From the NCBI GenBank assembly GCA_951406725.2, contig OX597815.1, positions 55,180,001 through 55,244,000 of the forward strand: a DNA stretch of 64,000 nt, written 5' to 3'. Both the position numbers and the translations under genes were made by a program. Positions 1 to 11,738 of this stretch are shown here, in pieces (positions within the stretch are counted from its first letter, which is position 1; every line of letters starts with the position of its first letter). A model generated the notes under the pieces. That model ran no database searches and was not told the DNA's origin. It saw only the letters and a program-made list of their open reading frames with translations. This DNA is from Octopus vulgaris (taxonomy: Eukaryota).

Positions 1-611
1 TCACTTTAATACTGAAACTATTAAAGTGAAAGTATTATATAACAGGGATGAACCATTAACAGTGGTCATCCATTTTGCTAGAAGATCCGCTATGGTCTTA
101 TATGCTACACCACTAGTTTTCAATTCATATTAATCAAATTAATATTCAATTTTTCACCCTTATTATGTGTGCGTGTGTGTATTAGCAATTCGTATAAAAT
201 TGCATCAATGACTTGAACTTGAATAAGTGGTTTCACATAAATTAAAAAGGTTTGTTGTTATTATTATTACTGTTTGACTATTGTAATCACGTTTGTTGGT
301 TCCTCGTCAGGGAAACGTTGTTGTGTTGCATTTGTTAAATAATTGTAAACCGTAACCCTCCCCCTTTCGGAGAAGGGGCTTTGGTTATTGTTTAAAAATT
401 GAATTGTGTCCCTGTTTGGCGAAATTGACAATATTTTCACCGTCTTTACGGAAGCATTTTTGTTAAAATGCCTTCGATAGAAGAAAGTCCAAAAATGAAT
501 TTCGCTGCAAGAGACGGGCCTACAATTCCAGTCTGTTATATATTTTGAGTATTGTTATCACTAGCGATATCAAGATATAACTTTGTATTTTGTATTTTAT
601 GTGTAGTTGTA

Positions 612-2987
612 TATATATAGATGACACCCTGCCATTCAACAGAATGCAGTGCACCTGGAAAATGGTCAAAGAGTGTACTTCACCGATGCTAATGCTTCTC
701 TGTTGGCAGAGGAACCAAGGGATAGCACACTCACTGCATTCTTCAAGCTTTGTCAAGTGGATCCATTCGCTCAAACCTTGCTGTATCCACAGATTCCATC
801 GTACTACACTTGGAATGGAAAAAAATGGGCCCCACGGAAAGCAGGTCAAAATGTTCATGGATACCCTGGCATTAAGTTTCACACTTGCCTTGGGCGAATA
901 TACACTCAAAAAGAGTGCTTCTACCTTCGTCTACTACTGCATGAGGTCAGAGGGCCAACGTCTTTCCAGGCCCTAAAAACTGTTCATGTACATGTCTGCA
1001 CAACATACAGAGAAGCCTGCTATCGACAAGGTCTGTTAGAAGATGGTGCACAGTGGGATGAAACTTTAGGAGAGGCTGCTTTATCACAATCACCTAAAAG
1101 TCTCATGGCACTATTTGCAGTATTACTACAGGCATGCGAACTGTGTGATCCGGCCCCTCTATGGCTCAAATATAGAGACAACCTGGCTGAAGACTTTCAG
1201 CGCCAAGCTCAACTGCTCTATCCTGACATGGAGAGTATCAGCAATGAAATCTATAACAAAACACACATTGACATAGAAGACAGAATTGCTAAACTGGGTG
1301 GAAATGAATTGTCGACTTATGGCCTGCCACAAGCATTCAGGTCAGGGTCAAATAGCCTTCCCACTGCTGTCATTCGTGAAACAACCTACGACACTCAAGC
1401 GCTTTCAAAGTACATTGTTGAAAATGACCCTAAATTACTTCCGGACCAGCTGCAGGCCTACAGAACCATTCTTAATAGTGTATACCAACGCGAGGGATGA
1501 ATCTTCTTCCTCGATGCTCCTGGAGGGACAGGAAAAACATTTATTACAAAGCTTCTCCTTGCAGAAGTTAGGCAGCATCAGGACATTTCAGTAGCTGTAG
1601 CCTACTCTGGCATTGCAGCTACTTTGTTACTCAGTGGCAGGACAGCGCACTCAACTTTTAAACTCCCTCTCAATTTAGCAGCATCCGAAATGCCTTCATG
1701 CAACATCAACAAAAGCTCAGATCAGGGACAAGTACTTAAAATGTGTCATCTAATTGTCTGGGATGAGTGCACTATGGCTCACAAGGGAGCTTTGGAAGCA
1801 TTAGATAGAGCCCTGAAAGACATCCGAGACTGTCAGGCTCCAATGGGAGGTGTAACGCTTCTGTTGTCAGGTGATTTCAGGCAAACTCTTCCTGTCATTC
1901 CGAAAGGCACTAGAGCAGATGAAGTCCAAACATGCCTAAAGTCCTCTATCCTGTGGCATCGTGTTACAATCCTCAGTCTCACCATTAACATGAGAGCTCA
2001 GCTACACGGCGACAAAATGTCCACAAAGTTTGCACAGGACATTTTGACACTTGGTGAAGGCAAGATGCCTCTCGATGCTGCAGGACAAATGGAAGTGTGG
2101 TCATTTTCCTCTGTTGTTAATTCTGTAGATGACCTCAAAAACAAAGTCTTTCCCGACTTCACACAAAACTACCAAAATCACAATTGGCTGTGTGAAAGAG
2201 CAATATTAGCTCCAAAAACGTTGCTGTTAACAAAATTAATCGACAGCTAATGCATTCTCTTCCCGGCATTATACACACTTACAAGTCTGTTGATACAATT
2301 CCAGATATAAATGAAGTTGTGAACTATCCTCATGAATTTCTCAATTCACTGGAGCCTCCTGGACTACCTCCACACATATTAGCACTTAAAGTTGGAACTC
2401 CTGTAATGCTACACCGCAATCTGGAACCACCAAGACTTTGCAATGGAATACGACTGGTGATAAAGAAAATGATGTCACACGTTATCGAGGCAATCATTCT
2501 TTCTGGATGTGGAAAAGGTGATGACGTCTTTATTCCAAGAATTCCTCTTACTCCATCGGGAGCAGAAATTCCATTTACATTCAGAAGACTGCAATTCCTC
2601 CTTCGTGTCAGCTTTGCCATGTCCATTAACAAATCTCAGGGTCAAACCCTCTCTGTAGCTGGTCTTCTCTTGTAAGAGCCCTGCTTCTGGCATGGGCAAC
2701 TGTATGTTGGCTGCTCAAGAGTAGGAACCAAAAGAAACCTTTTTGTATATGCCCCACAAGGAAAAACAAGGAACATTGTTTACAACGAGGTGTTATAATC
2801 TCAACAGCCAGGAGGTATATACATGATCCCCTTTTTTTAACAAACTTCATGTACTTTCATGTATCTATATTAATATACATATATATATATATATATGTGC
2901 GTGTGTGTGTGTGTGTCCATATATATATAACAGAAAAGTCTAATTCTTCAATTGAATGTAACCGGACAACGCCGGGTATCTCTGCTA

Positions 2988-2988
<1 letters not shown>
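612..2988 (+). mobile_element. Helitron, 5'-truncated, with intact 3' terminus
   Basis: RepHel coding remnant followed by a subterminal hairpin CCGG-ACAACG-CCGG (2962-2975) and terminal CTAG (2985-2988) abutting T of a (TA)n array. Confidence 0.9.
649..2798 (+). pseudogene. Helitron RepHel, PIF1-like SF1 helicase portion, interrupted by stops and frameshifts
   Basis: ORFs 649-1500, 1624-2250, 2250-2675; motifs VHLENGQRVYF, FLDAPGGTGKT (1507-1539), IVWDEC, GDFRQTLPV, FAMSINKSQGQT, HGQLYVGCSRV. Confidence 0.92.
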
Positions 2989-3033
<45 letters not shown>

Positions 3034-3109
3034 GCCATGATTGACTGCCAACTCCAAAAGTTTTTTTATTCTCTCTCTTTATATAGTCTCTGTTTATTTC
3101 CTTGTGTTC

Positions 3110-3145
3110 CTTTCTGATGAAGAGCATAGGCTTGAAACGTAAAAG
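3110..3145 (+). ncRNA. Minimal type I hammerhead ribozyme motif (Penelope-type)
   Basis: CTTT-CTGATGA-A-GAGC/ATAG/GCTT-GAAAC-GTA-AAAG: stem I CTTT/AAAG, stem II, palindromic ACGT stem III, GUA cleavage triplet. Confidence 0.6.
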
Positions 3146-3994
3146 ACCTTCTCCCCTTCCTGAGCGTCAAACTAATATACCTGCTTGTTGTTTATACACT
3201 TGTCTTTTGTTTTACTGTAAATTTCAACTATATATATTTTTTTTTCCTGTGCCTATATAGACGTGTATATAGATTCATTTGTATACGTATGTGATTATGT
3301 ATGAGTGGGCGGGTGTGTATGTATATAGATGTGTGCGGGCATAAGAATACATATATATATAGACGTTTTTACTTAGTATTTTTACAATTTTTTCCGGTTT
3401 TTTGGGGCGTATGTATAATCTTTTTTGTGTATGCGTGTGTGTGTATGCGTATATAAACATGTGCGGGTATGTACATATATGGGCGTGTGTGTGTATGCGT
3501 GCATAAGGGCATGTCCGTATATGAAAGTGGCTTTACGCTTTGTATACTTCCTTATGTTTTTTCTGTATTGTTACCTTTAACCATGTTTTTCTTGTGCTTG
3601 TGCGTATATAGACGTATGTATATAAATCTTTACGGTACGTGTGTGTGTGTATGAGTTTGTATATATATGCGTATACATTTGGCGAAAAATGCGAGTGAAG
3701 ATGTGTATGTTTTCATAGTGACGCATACGTACGCACGTGGATACACGAGCGCACATGTGAGCGTATGAGTAGCCATGCTTACGTGTTTACTATGAACTTT
3801 TAACCTTAATTTATATAAGTAGCGGAATTATAACACAGTAATTTCCCTTTGAATAACGGTATTTTTTCACAGAGTTTTTCAGATGGCCAGATAACCGAAG
3901 AGATGGTGTTGTGGATTTTATCTTGGCTATTGAATAATGGTAACATATATATATGTGTGTGTCTGCATAACAGCCTACTATAGCTCTATCTGTG

Positions 3995-4512
3995 CATATA
4001 TAAATTGAGGGTATTGGGACATGACTACCTTCTACATATATTTCCTATTTAATAGTGGGGATGTTTCATTTATGAGGGTGTACTGCTGTATTGGTCTGAA
4101 TGTTGGGTCCTTCAGGTGCTTGAATAAACTGCAGATGTCAAGTTGACCCAGTGTGCCTCCATGTTGGCCTTTGGCATGTTGGTAGAGTATATGAAGGACT
4201 GTTTTTTGTCATCATATTTTCTCAAATGTTCATTTAGTCTCTTCGCAATTCTTCTAGATGTCTCACCTATGTATATCATGTTCTTGTCTTTACAAGCACT
4301 CTCTATGCACCTTATCTCAGACAATATGACAAGAAAAAAGTCCTCTATACTCTACCAACATGGAGACACACTGGGTCAATTTTGTCCAAGCACCCGAAGG
4401 ACCCAACACTCAGACAAATACAGGAGTACATCCTCATAAATGAAACATCCCCAGTACTAAATAGGAAATATACGTAGTAGGTAGTCATGCCCCAATACCC
4501 ACAGTTTATATA
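3995..4512 (-). mobile_element. Penelope-like element remnant: GIY-YIG fragment between inverted copies of its terminal sequence
   Basis: ORF 4112-4324 has IYIGETSRRIAKRLNEH; ~4000-4128 is the inverted counterpart of ~4380-4512. Confidence 0.75.
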
Positions 4513-4534
4513 AACACAGGTAGAGTTATTAGTA

Positions 4535-4686
4535 GGCTGAAAAAAGAAGCTGTAGCGGTTTTGTAAGGGCTCGTTTGCATGATTTGAGAAGGATCGCTGG
4601 AAATCCATCAGGTCCAGCAGCTGAGTTTGTGTCAATCTCATCTATGGCCAGTGTGATATCATCATCTTCAATGTTGATGTACTCAA
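4535..4686 (-). mobile_element. Distal piece of the CR1-group LINE interrupted by the Gypsy element
   Basis: Minus strand reads SAAGPDGFPAILLKSCKRALTKPLQLLF, continuing the ORF2 at 11739-11996. Confidence 0.85.
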
Positions 4687-5182
4687 TGTAGTGACGTCAT
4701 TTTCCAGTGTGCGCACACGCAATGTCATTCTTCAGTGTGCATGTGCGGAACGTCATTCTTCAGTGTGCGTGTGCGGAGCTGGAACCTTCTGGAAAGGCCT
4801 ACGGAAGTTCCCTCATGCACATGCGCTAGAGACTGGGGAAGAAAATTCTATCGCGTTCCTTGTTTAGCGTCGTCGACTTGAAACACGGCTATTGAAGCGA
4901 AAAGACGTATTAAACGTGTGATCAGCCATTCTCCTGTCCCAGACGCTTAGAATTTGACCAGCTGAATTTGTTGTAAGAATCTTACAAATGTTAAAATTCA
5001 GCCTTGCTATATTGAACCAAGTGAATACCAATATACCAATGTGCTTCATTTGTAAATAAGAGAAAAAAGAATCATATATATTTTAAAGTTGCGTTTTGTT
5101 CCTGACTGGTAGTTTCTAGAAACAAAAAGAAAGGAAATTGGTTGCACCCAAATAGTGTGAAGAATTAACCAGTTCCATTACA
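4687..5182 (+). repeat. 5' LTR
   Basis: TGTAGTGACG...CCATTACA; matches 11250-11738 apart from scattered substitutions and two indels. Confidence 0.95.
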
Positions 5183-5183
5183 G

Positions 5184-5195
5184 CGGTGACCCCGA
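5184..5195 (+). promoter_or_regulatory. Primer-binding site, tRNA-Trp-like
   Basis: CGGTGACCCCGA just after the LTR, resembling TGGTGACCCCGA, the complement of the tRNA-Trp 3' end. Confidence 0.65.
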
Positions 5196-5297
5196 GTTCT
5201 GGTCATAGACCATAGAACACTTAAATAAAATCTAGTTTCTACCGAGTCAGAGTTGTGAATCCAGTTTTTCTGACGTCGATATCTTCACCTCGACATA

Positions 5298-6540
5298 CGA
5301 GGGGCGTTCAATAAGTAATGCCCCTGACCCACTTCCCATAGCAGTAGAGCAACGAAACTTGGCACAGTTATTAGTCTTTTTCTACATAGGAACCACCCAG
5401 AGTTACGCATTTCTCCCATCGTTTGATGCAGCTCTGAAGACCGTTTTTGTAGAAGACCCCAGCTTGGTCCTCCAACCACGACGTGACTTCAGAAATCAAG
5501 GCTGCATCATCTGGGAAACGCTTTCCTTTCAAAAACAACTTCATGGCTGGGAAGAGGTGAAAATCAGAGGGTGCAGGTCAGGAGATGGGGGATGAGTTCA
5601 TAGCCGCACGCCTGTGCTTCTGATCTGGCGACACGCGAGTTGTGGATCGGAGCGTTGTCCTGCAGGAGGAGGATGCCTTTGCTGATCTTGCCCTGCCTCT
5701 TGATTTTGATAGCTTCTCTTAATTTCCTCAAAAGTGAAGCATAATAGACTCCTGTAATTGTGGTACCCTTTGCCAAGAAATCTGTCATCACTACTCCGTC
5801 CTGGTCCCAGAAGACTGTGAGCATGACCTTGCCAGCGGAGGGCTGCACCCTTGCCTTCTTTGGAGGAGGTGAGTCACGGTGCTTCCACTGCATTGACTGG
5901 GCTTTGGTCTCTGGATCATAGTGATGGACCCAGGTTTCATCCTGTGTAATCAGTCTTTTGAAAAATTTTGACTCATCTTCTTGGCACATCTTCAAATTCA
6001 TCCTCGCGCTATCGACGCGTTCTTGCTTCTAGAAAGGTGTGAGCAGCCTGGGAATCCATCTGGCAGACACCTTTTGCATATGCAAATGGTCATGAATGAT
6101 AGTTTCCACAGACCCGGTACTAATCTTAACCACATGGGCTATTTGGCGAATAGTTATGCGTCGATCTTCCAAAATGGCAGCCTCAACTTGACGGACAGAT
6201 GCCTCATCAATGGCAGAAGGGGGTGACCAGATCTGGGAGCTGTTTCCACAAAGTTCCGACCATGTTTGAATTCACGATGCCAGCGTTTTACAAGGTCATA
6301 TGATGGGGCATCATCACCATAAGTTACTTTTATTTCATCAAAAGTCTCCCGTGGTGTGCGTCCTTTCAAATACAAAAACCGCATCACTGCTCGACACTCA
6401 ACAGGCTCCGTTTCACACTTGACTCAGAGCTGTAATTTGCCACTTAATCTATAGAGATATAGGTAATTGCACATGCAAACTTTCAACTAGATCAAACAAC
6501 TGCAAGTGGGTCAGAGGCATTACTTATTGAACGCCCCTCG
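5298..6540 (-). mobile_element. Mariner (DD34D) transposon, defective copy 1
   Basis: ~37-bp TIRs CGAGGGGCGTTCAATAAGTAATGCC; TA duplication at 5296-97 and 6541-42; transposase remnant 6411-5371 with WIPRLL, DETWVHHY, QDNAP. Confidence 0.97.
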
Positions 6541-7201
6541 TACACCAACAACGTCTTTCTCTGCCGTCGCAATCACCATCGCCGTCCTTCAACTTCACGT
6601 CGTCTCCATCTCCGTCGCCTTCATCTCCAGCAACACTAATACGTACACAGCACAGCACTACCTGCGAGATCTTCTGTACCAATGTAACATGGCACAGCAT
6701 TAAAGCCACAACCGCTACACGACATGTGTTCAAACGGCATCTGCACTTGTGATCCCAACATCCTGTTACTGAACGAACTGCTATTATGCACTTTACTATG
6801 AACTGGTAAAATAACTCTAACTTCATTAAAAAAAAATTGTTTCAGACGCGACGAAGGTTGGTAAAAAATAAAAAAAAAAGAATGTTTATTCTCTGTACAT
6901 ACAGTACAAAACAAAAAGAAAAAACACATTTTTGAGGGTAAAATTTACACGTAAAAAAAAATTTATTGGTTCAATTGCTGGTCTTGCTTAATTTCTATTT
7001 CTTTCTGTTATTTTTTTACATTTGCGTCAGTTCAACTTTTCGTTGTCATTTCCCTTTCCTTTGACAGAGTCATCTAGTTAAATTTTTAAAAAAGAACAAC
7101 ATGTCTTTGGCATCATCACCCATTTTCACAGGGATGCCACACTTTGGTTTGCACAACTAGAGGCATATTTTTGTGCACATAGTGTTTCTTCTGAGCAGCA
7201 G

Positions 7202-10200
7202 TTGCAAATTCTTTATAGTTGTATGCCTCCTCAACTTGCAACTACTGCCAGAGATCTTATTACGGATCCTTCTCCAGATGCCACTTATGCATCTGTTAAA
7301 TTAGAAGTGGAGAAAAGAAATACTAGAAGCGAGGAAAGTCGCTTCAATGAATTGATGGCGGATGAGAAGTTGGGAGATAGGACTCCTTCTGAATTTTTGA
7401 GACGCTTGAGAGAGTTGAGCGGTAGGGCTGCAGACGCTCCTCTCCTTCGGAAAAAATGTTTTTCAAGGTTGCCCGCCTATATACAAACTGTTTTGGCAAC
7501 TGCTTTAGAGTCCAATACTGTGGACCAAATAGCGACCATGGCAGATAAAATGGTTGAATTTGCCGTGCGACCATCTTCACGTGCTGCTTGTGTCTGCTCG
7601 GAAACTTCTGCAAATTCAATTGATGGACTTTCTAAACTAATAGAAGGTCTCACCAAAAGGATGGACGCGATGTGTCGCGATGACAAGCGATTTTCAAGAT
7701 CGCGGAGTCGCAGCCGTTCATCATCTCGTTCCACACAGTCAAAGTCCGAACTGTGTTGGTACCACTCCAATTTTGGAGAGAAAGCACATAAGTGCATAAA
7801 GCCATGCACCTATAAAAGATCTAAACTAGCTTTGGAGGAGTTGAGCACGTCAACTTCCTCCACATCGTTTTCTAGTTATCGTGCATTTTTCGTTAAGGAT
7901 CTAGTGTCGAAGAAATACTTCATGGTGGACACTGGTTCTTGTTGCAGCATTTGGCCTCTGCGTCTCACAACCGACAGGCCAAAACGATCTAATGTTACCT
8001 CGCACGCTATTGACTCGTCACCAATAGCCACATTCGCTCAGATCTCTTTACGCCTTGACATAAATCTCCGTCGAGATTTTCAGTGGGTTTTTGTCATTGC
8101 TGACATTCCGCATCCTATTTTAGGTGCAGATTTTCTAAATAACTTTTATCTATTGGTAGATGTCAGACGTCGGAGGCTAGTTGACAGTTCGACTACACTC
8201 TCCACGCCGACCAGAGAATCTACCGATTCAGCTCTTAGCCCGACATTTTTTGTTGCTACTTCTGGAGATGTTTTTCATTCTCTTTTGGCTTCTTTTCCAG
8301 AGCTACTTGATATTACTTTTAAAATGGCAAAACCCGTACACTCGACACTTCATTTTATTACAACTACTGGGCCGCCTGCTTTTTCGCGCCCACGGCGTCT
8401 TGCACCTGACCGTCTTAAAACGGCTAGGGCTGAGTTTGAGCATATGCTCCAGCTTGGTCTGATACGCCCATCCACCAGTCCATGGGCATCACCCCTTCAT
8501 TTATTTCGAAAAGGGGATACAGATTTTCGCCCAGTGGGAGATTATCGGCGTCTAAATTCTGTGACGATTCCGGACAGATATCCAATTTGGAATCTCAATG
8601 ACTTTTCAGCGAATTTTTATGGCTGTACCATTTTTTCTAAGGTTGACCTCATACGTGCTTATCATCAAATACCGGTCAACCTAGACGATGTTCCTAAAAC
8701 GGCAATTACCACCCCTTTTGGTTGTTTCGAATTTCTATACATGAGTTTTGGTTTGCGGAACGCCACTAGTACGTTCCAACGTTTTATAGATGAAGTTGTT
8801 CGTGGACTTGATTTTGTTTTCGCGTATGTCGATGATATCCTCATCGCAAGTGATACGCATGAAAATCATCTCCAGCACTTGTCTCAGCTTTTTCAGCGTC
8901 TTCGCGACTATGGTGTTCGCATTAATCCAAACAAGTGTGTTTTTGGGCAATTATCTCTTGATTTTCTCGGTCATTGTATTGATTCGAGTGGAATCAAACC
9001 TCTCTCGTCTAAAGTCGATGCAATTCAGCGCATCGCACCACCTTCTTCTTTGCGTCAACTTCGCCATTTTTGGGGTATAGTTAATTTCTATCGACGTTTC
9101 ATAAACCGGTGTGCAGACAAGTTGTTTCCTTTAACGCAGATGCTAAAGGGCAATTCTAAAAAGGACGCCCGTCTTACTCTTTCAGCTGAAGCACTGTCTG
9201 CCTTTGAGTTAGTTAAAAAGGAACTAGCTTCAGTTCCTGTTCTAGCACATCCGGCTCCTGATGCTCCACTTACTTTATCTGTGGACGCACCAGATTCTGC
9301 AGTTGGCGCTGTCTTGCAGCACACCGTAGATGGTGAAACTAAACCTTTGGCTTTCTTTTCTTGCCAGCTAAAGCCTGCTGAACGCAGATATAGTACTTTT
9401 GATCGAGAGTTACTAGCGATCTATCTGTCAGTTCGACATTTTCAGCACCAGCTCGAGGGACGAGAATTTGTGATTTATACTGATCACAAGCCCCTTACGT
9501 TTGCACTATCTTCTAAAACGGATACACTCTCCCCTTGTGCTTTCCGTCACCTGGACTATATTTCTCAGTTTACAAGTGACATTCGACATGTGCCAGGGAA
9601 TGAGAACGTCCCAGCTGATGCTCTCTCGAGGCTCCCTGTCAATTCCATTTCCTCTCCTGCAGCAATTGACTTAACTGCTATTTCGCAGGATCAACCACCT
9701 TTAGCGGAGTTGAATTTAACTTCGCCCAAGTTTATCAATTGTAAATTTGCCTACCGTCCGCTCCCTTCAGTAGAAGGCTCTATTCTTTGTGACGTCTCCA
9801 CCGGTTCACCCAGGCCGTTAGTACCTGAGAAACATCAATGTTCTGTTTTTGATGCTCTTCATTCATTGTCACATCCGGGTATCTCTGCCACAGTAAAGCT
9901 TGTTACTGCTCGGTTCTTCTGGCCCAATATGCGACGATCGATTACCTCTTGGGCACGCTCTTGTTTGAGGTGCCAGAGTGCTAAAGTCCATAGACACGTT
10001 CGTACTCCACTTGGACAGTTTTCTTCTCCTGAGGCCCGTTTTCGCCATGTCCACCTTGATTTGGTTGGACCATGGCCTGTGAGTCGCGGGTTCTCATATA
10101 TTTTAACTTGTATCGATCGTTTCTCACGTTGGCCGGAAGTTATTCCTATAGCAGACATTTCTGCTGAAACTGTTGCGAAAGCCTTCGTGTCTAATTGGAT

Positions 10201-11032
10201 TTCTAGGTATGGTGTACCATCCAGTTTAACCACAGATCGTGGCCGACAATTCGAAGCGGTTTTATTTTGTGAGTTATCACGAATCCTGGGGATGCATCAT
10301 ATATGCACCACTAGTTACCATCCCGCTTCTAATGGGATGGTGGAGCGTTTCCACAGGCAACTTAAGGCCGCGTTGCGTGCCTCGCCGAATCCACAGTCGT
10401 GGACTGAATTTCTTCTTATCGTCCTGCTTGGATGTCGGACTACGATTAAAGCAGACCTTGGTTTTTCTTCTGCCGAGCTCTTGTATGGTACCACACTGGC
10501 ATTGCCTGGTACGATGTTGGCGCAAGACAAGTCACAGTCTCTTAATTTAGAGTCTTATGTTGCTTGACTACGCAAATATTTTTCTGCCCTTCCTCCTATG
10601 GGTCCCCGACACCAAAATCCTCCTTCTAATGTGCCAACAGATCTTGATTCTTGGACACATGTTTTTGTTCGTGATGATTCTGTCAAAGGACCTCTTGTTT
10701 CTCCTTATAAAGGACCTTTTCGTGTGATTTCCCGCACGCCGAAAGTATTCAAACTTGACATTAATGGTCGTTCGGAGACCGTCTCCGTAGATCGTCTTAA
10801 AAGGGCATATTTTGAGGTGTCAACATCTTTTGATGACACCGCTGCTACAACCATCGTTGAACCTTCACATGCACCTTTGACAACACCACCATTTACACAT
10901 GCACCTTTATCAACACCAACATCGGCAGCATCACCTTCGTCGTCGCAGACCGCCTCGAACAAACCTTATGTTACGAGGTCAGGCAGAACGGTTCACTGGC
11001 CAAAGAAACTTTCAAAGACTATTTATATTTGA
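7202..11032 (+). pseudogene. Gypsy gag-pol polyprotein; one premature stop at 10565-10567, start region near 7101 apparently frameshifted
   Basis: Gag [10 protein letters not shown] and CWYH..C..PC knuckle; protease VDTGS; RT YVDD; RNase H; integrase HHCC and DDE; GPF module in ORF 10598-11032. Confidence 0.95.
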
Positions 11033-11236
11033 CATTCTCAATTGTTTTCCCAGTGACAGTTATGATACTTATTGAACTTTGTTCATTTGAGTATTTTTTT
11101 TCTTCCTTTTGGTGCATTCTTATTTATATTGTAAATTTTGTTTTGATTTGTCATATTGTGTGCCATTTTGGTGATTTGGTAACCACCTTATTTTCTGAAG
11201 CCACTACAAGGAATTTTGTTTCGTGCTTCCGCACTC

Positions 11237-11245
11237 AAGGGGGAG
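11237..11245 (+). promoter_or_regulatory. Polypurine tract
   Basis: AAGGGGGAG just upstream of the 3' LTR. Confidence 0.7.
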
Positions 11246-11249
11246 CCTT

Positions 11250-11738
11250 TGTAGTGACGTCATTTTCCAGTGTGCGCACACGCAACGTCATTCTTCAGTG
11301 TGCGTGTGCGGAACGTCATTCTTCAGTGTGCGGGTGCGGGGCTGGAACCTTCTGGAAAGGCCTACGGAAGTTCCCTCATGCACATACGCTAGAGACTGGA
11401 GAAGAAATTTCTATCGCGTTCCTTGTTTAGCGGCTATTGAAGCGAAAAGACGTATTAAACGTGTGATCAGCCATTCTCCTGTCCCAGACGCTTAGAATTT
11501 GACCAGCTCTGTTGCTGCTGAATTTGTTGTAAGAATCTTACAAATGTTAAAATTCAGCCTTGCTATATTGAACCAAGTGAATACCAATATACCAATGTGC
11601 TTCATTTGTAAATAAGAGAAAAAAGAATCATAAATATTTTTAAGTTGCGTTTTGTTCCTGACTGGTAGTTTCTAGAAACAAAAAGAAAGGAAATTGGTTG
11701 CACCCAAACAGTGTGAAGAATTAACCAGTTCCATTACA
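11250..11738 (+). repeat. 3' LTR
   Basis: Direct repeat of 4687-5182. Confidence 0.95.

Larger units (their letters stand above)
4687..11738 (+). mobile_element. Full-length Ty3/Gypsy LTR retrotransposon, with a mariner inserted in its 5' UTR
   Basis: Two TG...CA LTRs, PBS, PPT and gag-PR-RT-RH-IN domain order. Confidence 0.97.
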
